Source: Torpedo marmorata (Eukaryota). From it: a DNA stretch of 64,000 bases. A model generated the notes under the pieces. The model did not search any database. It was not told where the DNA came from and saw nothing but the letters and a program-made list of their open reading frames with translations. Made by a program: the position numbers and the translations under genes. Below, one piece after another: positions 11,861-24,625 of the stretch. Each line of letters starts with the position of its first letter. Within the stretch, counting starts at the first letter, position 1. The DNA is taken from NCBI GenBank assembly GCA_977017645.1, contig OZ360221.1:204848001-204912000 (forward strand), given 5' to 3'.

Positions 11861-12399
11861 GAAATTAACAACTTACTACTTGGTGCAGTTACAATTATTT
11901 GTTTGGAAAGTTTTATGTTTTACTGGTAATATAACCTGTTATATAAATCGTTTCCGAAGGTACGCTTGAGCGGAGTTTTTTTGAGGTTTACAAATCTTGT
12001 ATTGACAGTCACATGAAAACAACAAACGAGGCAGCCTTTTCGTCCCCCTGATAACCGATACCAACGGAATCAAAAGTTACAGTAAAACTTCGCTCAGACT
12101 TTTTCACAAATTACTTTTCAGTTGGCTGCCGAAATTGTTTCTTTTCTCGTTGGTTCGGAAGCTTCCAAATAAAAGGCAGAAGTGAAGTCGATTATATACG
12201 TGGAACATGTCACACTGCAAATCTTCAGGACCCACCCTTGTCAGTTTTGCACAGGGTATGAAACAGCAGCTTGTCAACTTTTTAGCTTAGCGAAGGTCTG
12301 CCATTCTGTCTAAAGCTAAACCGTGTGTTGAGGGAGGAAAAACATTTTGAATTGACAATTTTGAAACTTGTGGAGAAAACCCAAATCCAGTTCGTTTAT

Positions 12400-14600
12400 T
12401 GTCATCTGACTATACTTACACAAACAGAGGAAACAGTGTTTCCCCAGACAGTGCACACACAATAAACAGTACATAATTACATAAAGATATTTTTAAAACA
12501 AAAAGAAATATATACGGTGTATAATACACACACACACACACAGGTATATATAATATTTTGGAATGATTTACTTGGTTACAGGATCATTCATCAATCTCAC
12601 AGCCTGTGGGAAGAAGATACTTCCCAGCTTGGTAGTCCTGATTTTGATGCTCTTGTACCTCCTTCCTGATGGTAGTAGGTCAAAGACACTGTGCTGATTG
12701 GAAAGGGTCCTGAATAATTCTTTGAGCCCTATTACAGCAGTGCTGGTGAACGTCAGCAACAGAGGAAAGGGAGACCCCAGTGATCTTCTCAGCCGCTTTG
12801 ATGAGCCTCTATATTGACTTCCACTCCGATGCTTTGCAGCAACCATACATAATGATGCAGCCAGACAGGACACTCTCTCAATTGTGCTGTAAAATGTTGT
12901 CAGGATAGGGGCTGGTTGCCTTGCCCTCCTCAACCTCCTAAGGAAGTCGAGGTGCTGCTGCACCTTCCTGACTAATGAGGTGTTGTGGGTCCAGAATAGG
13001 TTGTCCTTTAAATGCCCACCAAGGAACTTTGTGCTCTCCACTCTCTCCATGATGTCTAGTGAAGAATGGTTGACCTTTGACCTTCTGAAGTCCACAATCA
13101 TCTTTGTCTTGTCCACATTGAGACCAAAGTTGTTCTTGGACCATTTTATGAGCCTCCAAACCTCCTCTCTGCAAACCAACTCATTATTGTTGCTGATAAG
13201 GCCAACTACTTACCATTGTATCATCTGCAAACTTGATCCTTTTTAAACAATCCGGCAATGCAGTCATGAGTCAGCAGTGTGAACAGTAGTGGGCTGAGCA
13301 GACAACCCTGAGGCACACCAATGGTCAGTGTGATGGGACTTGAGATTTTGGTGCCAACCTGGACTGACTGTGATCTTTTGGTCAAGAAGTCCAGAATCCA
13401 GTTGCAGAGATGGGTATTGAGTCCCAGCGAGGACAGGTTATCCATCATCCTCTGAGGTATGATTATTTTGAATGCTGAGTTGAACTCAATGATCAACAGC
13501 TTGGTGTACGAGGCATCGTTTGCTTGGTGGGTCAGGACGGAGTGAAGGGTCAAGGCTATAGTATTATCTGTGGACTGGTTTGGACGGTAGGCAAACTGGA
13601 ACGGGTCTAAAGTTGCTGAAAGGTGTGATTTGATGTGTCCCATTACCAGGCACTCAAAGCACTTCATGATCTTAGAGGTCAGTGCCACTGGGCTGTAGTC
13701 ATTTTGTCCAGTTACCATTGCTCTTTTGGGCACCGGGATGATGATGGCTGCCTTGAATCCTGCGGGGACAGTGGACTGCTGCAGTGAGATGTTGAAGGTG
13801 TTTGTTCAGACCTCCGTCAACTGGGCTGCACAGTCCTTCAGCACCCGACCAGGTATGTTTTCTGGACCTGGATTCACCCTGGATAGGATGTGCCTCCCCT
13901 CAGCTGCAGAGTTCTTGTTCTTTTATTTGATGTCAAATTGTTTTTCTCATCAAAATGTGGGTAGAAGTTGCCGTATATGTCATTATATCGGACAACCCTG
14001 GAATTTCCACCTAAAATGTTGGTTTTGAGTGATATCCTTTGAATAAGATGATTCCCCCCCCCCCCCAAAAAAAAAATCTGGCACTTACTGCTGACCAGTG
14101 GATGCTTTTAAAAGCAAATCACAATATTTTAATAACAAATTATCATTTAGAGTTTTTAATTTTATTTGGATATTTTAAAATAAACCACTGTCGGCTCCTG
14201 TAACAGGCTGTTTAATGCCTGTACAGAGGTGACAGCAGTCGGGCCAGGCGGATAGACCCCGCCCGCGGAGGAGCACTGAGACTTTGCAAATAACTAACAG
14301 GCCATGCGTGAGATTGAATTGGAGCTGGCAGGAAGATGGCGGTGGTGTTGCGACTTCGTCGTCAAGGTAAGAATTTTAGGCTTTGTATAGGACGACCCTT
14401 ATTTTAAGGTGAAAATTTTAAGTTTCGGATAGTCATATACAACGGCATATACGGTATTCAACCTGTCAGGAACGGAGGCATCATTGTTGCTGATCCGCAG
14501 GGTTGACTTATAGTCAGTTATGGTTTGAATACACAACCGGTTGTTGCCGGTGTCACACAGGTGTCTAGAAATCAAGCATATCCCTGCTTTGCCTTCAGCT
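12400..14600 (-). mobile_element. Degenerate Rex1/Babar-like LINE, interrupted by the MITE at 13971-14454
   Basis: ORFs 13221-13733 and 12568-13179 give YSPVALTS, LDPFQFAYR, GVPQGCLLSPLLF, LPSGRRYKS, FFPQAVRL. LINE-like sequence resumes after 14456. Confidence 0.8.
13971..14454. mobile_element. Pogo-family MITE with CCGTATAT TIRs and promoter/first-exon-like core
   Basis: Left end CCGTATATG at 13971; right end CATATACGG|TA at 14446-14456; subterminal GACAACCC/GACGACCC motifs. Confidence 0.7.
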
Positions 14601-14890
14601 CGTGGAAGACTAGGTTCTGGGGTTGATCACGTGACAAATTTCAGATCAATGGACTTTATGTATTTATCTGATCATTAGGAATTTTAAAACTGCTGTTTTT
14701 ACAACTTCAGAGAATCACGTGAAAATAGAAAGAAATCATTGCAGCTCATGGAAGGCTAGGTGCTGGGGTTGATAACTTGTGAATATTTTCAGACCAATGG
14801 ACTTTTTATGTATTCATTTATCTGATCATTAGGAAGTTAAAGCTCTGTTTGTACAAATTTAGAGAATCACATGTAAAAATAGAAAAAATA
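14596..14890 (+). repeat. Direct tandem duplication of ~145 bp just upstream of DTNBP1 exon 2
   Basis: CAGCTC.TGGAAG.CTAGGT.CTGGGGTTGAT..ATCTGATCATTAGGAA..AGAGAATCAC.TG.AAAATAGAAA occurs twice. Confidence 0.8.
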
Positions 14891-14987
14891 ATTTCAATCT
14901 CAAAGCATGCAATTGAATATCTTACTGTTTCTGATTTGGCATTCATAGCATCTGTTGTATTAAATATTTTCTTATTTTTTATTGCAG

Positions 14988-15038
14988 CTTAAGGACGCTA
15001 AGTGACAAATCTAAAGAAGTAAAAATTAAGAAGCCAAG
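14988..15038 (+). CDS. DTNBP1: Dysbindin-1 coding exon 2 (LRTLSDKSKEVKIKKPR)
   Basis: Polypyrimidine tract and TTGCAG acceptor, GTAATT donor, phase 2/2; resembles human LKTLSDKSREAKVKSKPR. Confidence 0.93.
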
Positions 15039-15239
15039 GTAATTTGTTTATTCCAAACATATTCAATAGACTGATTTGCTTGAATGAGTTTGTATTCATG
15101 AAATACCTCTCACATTTGACAGATGGTGTAAGGTGTCTTTTATCTACATGATGCAATACGAGCATTTTCTTTGGTTGAATAATCATTTTATTGTTCAGAT
15201 ATATTTATTTGCAGGTAACCAGAATGTTTATTTATGGAG

Positions 15240-15810
15240 TAATGCAGCATGAAAAATGGCTCTTTGGTTCAACTCGACCATACTGACCAATGTACCTACC
15301 TGAGTTAAACCCATTTGTCTTTGTTTGGCCTGCATCCCTCTAACCCTTTCCTATTCATGTACCTGTGTACATATAATTTAAACATTGTGATTGTGCTCAT
15401 TTCTACCACTTACTCTGGCAGCATGTTCCATAAACCCATCACCCTCTCTAGGGAAAAACCTGCCCCTCGGGTCCCCTTTAATCTTTGTCCTCTTGCCTTA
15501 AACCTATTCCCTCTTATTTTAAACTCTCCCTCCATGTGACCTTCCACCTTATCAATGTTGCTCAAGCTTTTATAAACCTCAGTCCGGTCAGCCCTTGGCA
15601 TCCTACGCTCCAGGGAAATAGTCCCATCCTATTCAATCTCTTATAACTTGAACCCTCCAGTGCTGGCAACATTCTTGTGAATCTTTTCAGCATCTATTCA
15701 GGCTTAATCACATCTCTCCTGTAGCAGGATGACAGGAATTGCACACAGTACTCCAAGTGCAGACTCACAAATATCTTGGTAACATGATGTCCCAACTCTT
15801 GCACTTGACT
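15240..15810 (-). mobile_element. CR1 3' fragment
   Basis: Reverse strand gives EVYKSL..RGAGFSLERVMGLWNMLPE, like the other CR1 ends. Confidence 0.75.
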
Positions 15811-16933
15811 GCAAGTCGCTGACTGCCTGCTGCCTTTGTGGGTCCTTCAGCCACAGAGCCCTTTGCTGGTCTGCTGCTGTGGTCACTGTCCTGTACGGTC
15901 ATCTCCTCTGCTTCTCCTTCTTAATGGGGTGCTCTTCCCGTTTCTGGTGCTCTGTGCCGGTCCGCTGCTCTCCCGGAGTCTGCAACCCCTCGTGGCCGCT
16001 GCTGAGCATCAGCGTTGCCATCTTGGGTACAGACCCCGAGGTTGCAGGATTTTAATTAAAAACAGTGAGCTCCTTTAATAGGCCATTTGAAGCCTGTATG
16101 GAGCCACCGGCAGTAGAAGCAGGCTGTTGGACCCTGCGGAGCAGCACCGTGTCTCCGCTCCCCACTCTCCCAGTACAGCAGCTCCGGCAATGCCGCCATT
16201 TATTTCAGCAAGACTTCTGACAAGGTCCTGTATGGTAGGCTGGTCCGGGAGGTCAGATCGCCTGAGATCCAGGATGAGCTGGCCAGTTGGATATAGAATT
16301 CAAAGTTCAGATTTATTGTCAGAGAACATACATGACATCACATAAAACGCTGAGATTCTTTTTCCTGAGGGCGAGGCTTATTCACACTTTATTCACACTT
16401 ATTGGTAGTGTGAAAAACTGCTCAATGTACACATGTAAACAAATAAAGAAATGTAAACAAACTGAACTGTGCAATACAGAGAAAAAAGTAAGGGTCCTTA
16501 AATGTCCCTGTGTTAAAGTCAGCCTGCGCTGTAAGAAAACAAACAGCAGAAAACACAACAGAACCAATTAAGCGTACAACAGCTTCTTTATTTAACCCTT
16601 TGTAACGCTAGCGGGAGTGAGGGGATTCAAGAAAGAGTTCAGTGACTCGTTCTCTACACAGCTCCAGACACTCAAAGTATCGGTGTGTTCACCGTACATT
16701 TATACACCTTTTGGGCAGGGGTCGTCATGAGACCCTTAAGTTTCCCACGAGTTACACACACCTGGCAATTTTGCATTTGCAATAATAGTTACCTTGTGAT
16801 GTCGAGAATTATCTGGGAAGGTCAGAGTGTCCCTATCCCAAGACATATTGACATTCTTGTGGATAAGCTACTATCTCATTTCGGCACAGATGTTAAGAAG
16901 CAATTATATTCCCACATTAAGAAGGCAATTATA

Positions 16934-17898
16934 GAAAGGTTGGGTTATAGTTTGACTTTACCAAGACAGTGAACTGGAATTATTAGTTACTAATGGAGGT
17001 GTAAATAAATTTATTTCTCAAATGTATAGATTGTTAGAGAAAAATGCCTAAATTAGGAGTTCATAAATCAAGATTAAAATGGGAATCCGATCTCAATGTA
17101 ACAATAGGTGAAAAACATTGGAAAGAACTATGTAAGCAAAGTATGACGAAGATTATTAACGTTAGATATAGGTTAGTGCAATATAATTTTTTTCATCAAT
17201 TATATCTAACACCTAAGAAATTTCATCGACATTATCAGGTTTATGTTTTAGATGTAATAGAGAAGAAGGTTCTTTTGTACACTCCACATGGCTTTGTCCA
17301 AAGATATATGATTTTTGGTTGAAAGTTAGTTTTTAGACAAAGTATTAAGAATTACACTCCCAGTGGATCCTATGATATTTTTGTTTGGAGATATTAAAAG
17401 AAATAGTATTAAGATGAAATTAAATATGTATCAAATAGAATTTTTGCAAATTGCTTTAGCTGATTCTAAGAAATGCATTGCTATTACTTGGAAATCTGAT
17501 GTAGATTTAGGGTTAGAAAGATGGCATGCAGAACTTCGTTCATGTATACCACTTGAAAAAAATTACTTATAATCTACGTAATAAATATCATTTTTTGAAA
17601 ATATGGAGCCTATATATAAAAACTGTTGGTTTAAAGATTTGAAGATCTCTGGATATCAGATCTGACTGGCGAACCTATCTTCCACAATAAAATCAGCTTA
17701 TAGTTCTTTTTAGATTGACATTCTCCTTACTCTATCTTTTTCTTTCTTTCTTTCTTTTCTATTTTAGTAGATTAGTAGGGGTTGGGAGGGTTAGGGAGGG
17801 AAGGAGAGGGGGTGAAAATATCACATGTATTTTGATAATTTTGCATTTTATACTATGTATTCTGTGATTTAAATTTTTTAAAAATAAAATATTAAAAA
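16934..17898 (+). mobile_element. 5'-truncated L1 nested in the ERV LTR, 12-bp TSD
   Basis: TSD AAGGCAATTATA at 16922-16933 and 17899-17910; RYRLVQYNFFHQLYL, KKCIAITWK; G-rich 3' UTR and A-tail. Confidence 0.9.
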
Positions 17899-18169
17899 AA
17901 GGCAATTATATTCCCACATTTGCACAAGCAGCAGCTACTGAAAGCCTTACCTAATCCATTAACCCTTTGTTAGGCATATTCGTAAAATTTATTCTTTCAC
18001 ATTCCCTCCTTTTATCATTTCGTGATAACTAATGAGTATTAGAATATGGTTTATTTTCCCCTTCCATACCCTACTATTAATGGAAAAAACAAAAGGCAAA
18101 ATGAAACTATAATATGATCTATCATGATAATCACTTATAACAAGTTAGCTTTAAAGCATGAATGAATCA

Positions 18170-19180
18170 AACAAAATAATCTCCCTATTGTTATTTCTCC
18201 AGCGTCATTTTCTACTGATCTTATATCTACTCTCACCTTTTATCCTTCATATACTCGAAGCTTTTCGTATCCTCTTTTTCAACCTGCACCTTCCCCATTT
18301 CTTGCAGAAACTCCATCCATTACTGTTCTGCCATTTTCCCTACTAGTGCTTCCTTCCAATCTACTTTGGCCAGTTTCTCTCTCACGCCACTGTAATTCCC
18401 TTTATTCTACTGAAATGCTGACACATCTGACATTAGTTTCTCCCTGTAAAATCTCAAATTAAACTCGTATTGTGATCACTGCCCCCAAATGGTTCCTTTA
18501 CTCTAAGCTCTCTAATCACCTGTGGTCACCAATCCAGTACAGCCGATCCCCTCGCGGGCTCATCAACAAGCTGCTCTAAAAAGCAATCTTGTAGCCTTTC
18601 TATAAATTCTCTCTTAGATCCAGTCCCAACCTGGTTTTCTCAATCTATGTGCATGTTAAAATCCCCCATGACTGCCATAACATTACGCTTCTGGCGCCTT
18701 GTCTATCTGTTGTTGTCCATATTCTAACTACTGCATGGAGATCTGTATATCACAGTCAACAATTCTTTTTTTACCCTTGCTATTTTTTAATTAACCTGTC
18801 ACCTCTTTCCAATGATTTAATGTTGTTCCTTACCAACAGCCACGCTGCCTCCTCATTTTTCCTGCCTATCCTCTCAATACACTGTATATCCTTGAACATT
18901 CAGCTCCAATGACATCCATCCTTTAGCCACTACTCCGTGATGGTCACAACATAATACCTGCCAATCAGTAGTTGTACTACAAAATACAAAAGCTTTAACC
19001 CTTTATTTATTACATTTGACTCTGTGTCCCTGTTGCTCCCCATGGCTGCAATTTTGCCCTGTCTGCCTGTCCTTCCACACAAATTCCCTACCAGCATTCC
19101 CTGCTTAAGTGCCAACCACCACTTTCTCTGCTGCTTCATCTTGGTTCCCACCCCCCTGCGAATCTAGTTTAAACCCTCAG
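18170..19180 (-). mobile_element. Degenerate CR1 fragment (ORF1 end / endonuclease)
   Basis: Reverse strand resembles the CR1 endonuclease region (YYVVTITE*WL, MGDF-like) seen at 50250-50640. Confidence 0.65.
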
Positions 19181-20039
19181 AGTCCAGTTGGAGTGGCCTT
19201 CCCAAGCTAAATGTTCTATATCGTTAAAGGGTATCGCTACCATAGGAACACTTTGACTACTATAGGTTGGTGTATGGGTACAGGTCCAACAGCAAGATAA
19301 ATTCATAGTTTCAACATACATTAGGGATATGCGTATAAGTATTGACTTGCCATTCCTGTTTAGCTATCTGATTTGAAGTCTTTCTCCTTCATCAATTTAG
19401 TAATTATAGGGGTGCCCAAAATACCCTTAAGTACAATAATTGTCAATTTTCGCCACTCAGGAGCCTGATCAGGGCTCTGGCTTGTCCTCTGATACGTCAT
19501 GCTGTCTTTTTCCAGGGCCAATCTTTTTTAGTCAGTGTGATGTATCCACCGAGGTTACCCCTCAACCTTTACTGCCATGGGTGTAGTGAGTAACACTTGG
19601 AAGGGGCCCTTTCACCTTGGTGCCAACTTTTTCTGCTCCCAATTCCTTATCAGAACGTAATCACCGGACTGGATACCAGATAACGTTGTCTCCAGTTAGA
19701 CCTCCTTCCTTTGAGCGTTCAGAACCTGTGAATGTAAAGTCTCAAGAATTTAATCGACGTTATTACTTGTCCTTTTCGTATGGAGCTCAAAACTTATTTG
19801 GGGCAGGTTGAGACTTTAAAAATAAAGCTGGAAGACGCAAAAATGAATTAAAAAATTTAATGAAGATACTCCAAGTCTAATTTACGTAACAATTATTTCT
19901 TTTTGAAAATATGCAGCCGATATATAAAGACTGTGGGCTTAAGGATTTGAGGATCTCTCGATATCAGGTCTGACTGGCGAACCTGTGTTCCACAATAAAA
20001 TTAATGTATAGTTGTTATTTTTTAGATTGACATTTTCCA

Positions 20040-21120
20040 AATTCTTTTTAAAATATTTTGTTTGAGTTTCAACAATAAACATGCACACAGAGTAATAAAT
20101 TAAGAAAAACATTCAAAAATCAGCTGGTATTCATACATGTATATATAAAAAAAATCTAAGTAAATTGTCGTAACTAAATTCTTAATATAGGTTAAAACTC
20201 TAGTTCCTTATAATCTTTAAAAAATAACACTTGAAAATAAAAGGAAAGAAAAAAACACAAAATAAAACACTAATAACTAATCTATTCTAACCCCCTCCCT
20301 CTAAGCAAGGTTACCTTGATGTAAAAAAAGGAAGAAAAAAAATGGTATGGATTCTGTAGCGACCTCCAAGCATCGGACAGAGAGTCCTCAGGACAGTTGG
20401 TTTTGTTAATTCTTCCAATCATGATAGTATTCAATGAATGGCCCCCAGATCTTTAAAAATTGAAACTTTCTATCTTTAATATTATATCTAATTTTATCCA
20501 AACTCAGATAGGACATTACATCTAGTAACCACTGTCTATGTGTCAGTAACAACTCATCTTTCCATTTCAATAAAATTGCTCGTCTGGCAATCAACGTGGA
20601 AAAAGCTAAAACATTTTCCAGTGATGCAGACAAAGGTGTTAAGTTCACGTGATAAACCAAACAGAGCAATTATTGGACATGGTTCAATATTAATCTTAAA
20701 AATCAATGATAAAGATTTAAAAATATCCTTCCAAAATCTCTCCAAATTGGGGCATTCCCAAAACATATGTATCAGTGAAGCTTCAAAAAATTTACATCTC
20801 TCACAATGGATGTCAGTGTAAAAACGTGATAGTTTAAGTTTAGACATATGAATTCTATGTACCACTTTAAATTGTAATAAACAGTGCCTAGCACAAAAAG
20901 ATGAGGCGTTAATTAGATCAAGAGCATTATACCAATCTTGATCTGAAAATGTAACATTCAAATCACATTCCTATTCATTCTTGATCCCCGTCATAGAAGC
21001 TACTCTGATTTCCAATAAATTATTACCGTATATATACATGATGTTAATCCACATTGGGGGAAAAAAAGTATATTTAAAAAGTAGATCGAGAAAATTAGAA
21101 CTTAAAATTCGAGGAAAATC
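20040..21120 (-). mobile_element. L1-clade 3' fragment
   Basis: CARHCLLQFKVVHR, CERC..HMFWECP, ARRAILLKWK; AATAAA-like 3' end. Confidence 0.85.
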
Positions 21121-21124
21121 TGAA

Positions 21125-21217
21125 CCTTAAGCAATCCCTTCCTAATCACAGAGCACTTATGGCATAGGGATTGCTTAAGGTGGAATGTGAGTCTAGGGGG
21201 CAGTTTGAAAGCCACTG
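21125..21217. mobile_element. Partial hAT-like MITE (same family as 46845-47218)
   Basis: CCTTAAGCAATCCCT..AGGGATTGCTTAAGGTGGAATGTGAG..GCAGTTTGAAAGCCACTG. Confidence 0.75.
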
Positions 21218-21219
21218 AT

Positions 21220-22130
21220 CTAACAACTTGAATGACCATGTAGTTAGTTAGCATGGTTAGTAAATTTGCTGGTGACACCAAAATTTGTGGTATAGTGGAC
21301 AGCTAAGAAGGTTATCTGAGATTACAAGAGGGTCTAGATGAACTGGGAAAGTGGGCCAAGGAATGGCAGATGGAACTTTGACAAATGTGAGCTGTTGCAC
21401 TTTGGTAGGTTAAACTAGGGCAGGATTTACACAGTGAATGGTAATGCCTCAGAGTGTAGTATAAAAAACAGGTTTAGGATTACAGACACATAGTTGCATG
21501 AAAGTGGTGACATAGATAAATGGTGGTGAAGAGGCATTTGGCATGTTTGCCGCCTTCAGTCAGGGAATTGAGTGCAGGAGTAGGGACGTCATGTTACAGC
21601 TATGGAAGATGTTGGTGAGATCATACGGAGTGTTGTGCTCAGGACTGGTCACCCAGCTGCAGGAAAGGTAGCATAGAGCTAGAAAGGATGCAGAAAAGAT
21701 TCACAAGAATGTTTCTGGGACTGGTAGGCCTGAATTATAAGGAGATGCTGGGAAATTTTGTCCCTGTCGTGTAGAAAACTGAGGGGGGACCTTATAGAAG
21801 TTTATAAAATTGAGGGGCACAGATAAGGTAAGTTGTCATGGGGAAAATCTAAAAATAGAAGGCATAGATTTAAGGCTGGGGGGAAAGCTTTTAAAGGGGT
21901 ATGAGGGACACCTTTTTCACACAGTGGTGGGTGTATAGAATGAGATGCCAGAGGAAGTGGTAGAGCTGGGGACAATTGTAATGTTTAAAAAAAATTCAGA
22001 CGCATGGATAAGAAAGGTTGAGAGGAATAAGGATGGATATGCAGGCAAACGGGACTAACTTGGGTAGACAACTTGGTCGGCATGGATAAGTTGAGCCGAA
22101 GGATCTATTTCTGTGCTTTAAACTCTGACT
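21220..22130 (+). mobile_element. Degenerate CR1 3' half
   Basis: KFAGDTK, WQME..KCELLHFG and a CR1-type 3' UTR. Confidence 0.8.
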
Positions 22131-22494
22131 CCTTCCACAAGCCAGTTGGCGAGCTCACCCTGAATCGCATGTGACCTAACCTTCCTGACTAGCGATGCGG
22201 GACCATGTGAAAGATCTTGCTCAGGTCCACATATTGCTCTGCTTTCATCAATCTTCTTGTCAACTCTTCAAAAAAAATTAATATAATTTGTAAGGCACAA
22301 TTTCCCATGCATAAGCCATATGCACTATCCATCCTCGTCTTTCTGTCTCTCAGAATCTCCTATTTAACTTTCCCACCACTGTTAATAGGTTCCTGACTTG
22401 TCCTTGTAACGCACAACATTGCCTTGTAAAGGCACAACATTACCCGCTCTCCTGTCTTCTAGTACCTCAACTGTGGCTGACGAAGGCATAGAAA

Positions 22495-24625
22495 TTCATG
22501 GCCAAAATTAACTCGTACCTAAGTAAAAATCTGGACTCTCTGCAATTTGCCTACTGTGACAATTGTTCCACATCAGATGCAATCTCACTGGCTCTCCACT
22601 CAGCCCTGGATCACCTAGACAACACCAACACGTGCATCAGGCAGCTTTTCATCGACTATCTCGGAGGATCTTTCCTGGACTCAACACACCAATGGCATCG
22701 TGAAGAAAGCACGTCAGCGCTTCTACTTCCTCAGGAGTTTGCGGAGGTTTGTTATAACATCAGAATCCCTGGCACATTTCTACCGGTGTGGTGGAAAGTG
22801 TGCTGACCGGCTGCATCACGGTCTGGTATGGGAACACCAATACCCAAGTGTAAAGCCCTCCAAAAGGTAGTGGACACAGCTCAGGACATTACAGGCAAAA
22901 CCCTCCCAACTATTGAGTACATCTACAGGGAACGCTGCCGTCGGAGGGCAGCAGCAATCATCAAAGACCCACACCATCCAGCACACGGCCTGTTCTCGCT
23001 GCTGCCATCAGGAAAGAGGTATAGGTGCCACAAGACTTGCACCACCAGGTTCAGGAACAGCTGCTACCCCTCTACCATCAGAATCCTCAACGACAAAATC
23101 AGAGACTCATTTAAGGACTCTTGTCACTTTATTGATTTTCTTTGCTCTCCCTGTATTGCACAGTCAGTTTGTTTACATTTGTTATCTGTTTACAGTTCTT
23201 TGTTTGTTTACATGTTTATGCTGTGTACATTTTTTATTGCGCTACAAATTAGTGGTAATTCTGCCGCGCCCACGGGGAAAAAATGAATCTCAGGGTTGTA
23301 TGTGATGTCATGTATGCACTCCGACAATAAATCTGAAATCTACAGCTCAGCTTTCAACACCATCATACCCTCAGTACTGGTCAATAAGCTTCAAAACCTA
23401 GGCCTCTGTACCTCCCTCTGCAACTGGATCCTTGACTTCCTCATCGGAAGACCACAGTCAGTATAAATTGGAAACAATGTCCCCTCCTCACTGACAATCA
23501 ACACAGGCGCACCTCAAGGATGCATGCTTAGCCCACTGCTCTACTCTCTCTACACCATGACTGTGTGGTTTGGCACAATTCATCTGCCATCTACAAATTT
23601 GTCGATTGCATAACGGTTGTCGGCTGAATCACAGACGGCAATGCGGAAGTGTACAGGAGTGAGATCAGCTGGTTGAGTGGTGTCACAACAACCTTTCACT
23701 CAACGTGTGGACTTCAGGAGGAGGAGATCAGGAGAACTCATTGAGGGGTCAGCAGTGGAAAGGGTTAAGAACTTCAAATTTGTGAGTGTCAACATCTCTG
23801 AAGATCTATCCTGGGGCCTCCATGTCGATGCAATCATTAAGAAGGCTCGTCAGCAGATATACTTCGTGAGGAGATTTGGTATGTCACCAGACTTGCAAAT
23901 TTCTACAGGTGTACCCTGGAGAACATTGAGTAGTTGCATCACCCTCTGTTATAGAGGTGCCAATGCACAGCACAGGACAGGAAAATACTTCAGAGGAGTT
24001 GTGAACTCAGCCAGCGCCATCGCGGGCATCAGTCTTCACTCCATCGACATGTATGAGGCAGTGTCTCAAGAAAGCAGCCTCTATCCTCAAGAACCCTCAC
24101 CACCCAGTCCATGCCCTCTTCTCACTGCTACCATCAGGAAGGAGGTAAAGGAGCCTGAAAACGAACACCCATCAGTACAAAAACAGCTTCTCCCTCTCTG
24201 CCATTGGATTTCTGAATGGACAATGAACCACAGACACTACCTTACTTTTCTGTTAAATTTAATTTTAATTTTAGCCATAACAGCACGGTAACAGGCCCTT
24301 CCATCCCACGAGCCCGTGCTACCCAAATACCCCAATTAACCTTCATTTTGAAGGGTGGGAGGAAACCAAAGCACCCAGAGGAAACCCACGCAGACACTGG
24401 GAGAACGTACAAACTCCTATCAGACAGCACTGGATTTGAACCCTGGTCGCTGGCGCTGTAATTGCATTGTGCTAACCCCTATGCTAAGCGTGCCACCCAA
24501 TTTTGCATTAATTCATTTATTTTATTTTCCAAAAAATGTAATTTATTGCAGTTTTGCACCTGTAATGCTGCTGTAAAACAATGAATTAAGTGACATATGT
24601 TCATGACAATAAATTCTGATTCTAA
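22495..24625 (+). mobile_element. Two adjacent Rex1-like LINE fragments (22495-23340 internally deleted; 23341-24625 with nested SINE)
   Basis: LDSLQFAY, LLPSGKRYR, GAPQGCMLSPLL; 3' tails AATAAATCTGAAATCT and AATAAATTCTGATTCT like the element at 38300. Confidence 0.8.
24275..24499 (-). mobile_element. tRNA-derived V-SINE (HE1-like)
   Basis: Reverse strand GGGTGGCACGCTTAGCATAG (A box), GGTTCAAATCC (B box) and V-domain GTTCTCCC.GTGTCTGCGTGGGTTTCCTC.GGGTGC. Confidence 0.75.

Larger units (their letters stand above)
16530..19800 (-). mobile_element. Second class I ERV remnant (integrase C-term, env SU N-term, PPT, 3' LTR 16530-18001), disrupted by L1 and CR1 insertions
   Basis: Minus strand 19620-19540 reads APR*KG..PFQVLLTTPMAVKVEG*PRWIH (GPY/F tail); 19320-19220 reads YVETMNLSCCWTCTHTP..VPMVAIPFN (SU CxxC). 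PPT AAAAGGAGGGAA (18013-18002) precedes TGTGAAAG..CTTACA, with AATAAA near 16590. Confidence 0.75.

Noticed and set aside
14304-14366. MREI.. start resembling beta-tubulin
   Set aside because: Similarity stops after four residues.
14620-14680. Possible C/D box snoRNA in the duplicated unit
   Set aside because: CTGA is present but there is no convincing RUGAUGA C box.
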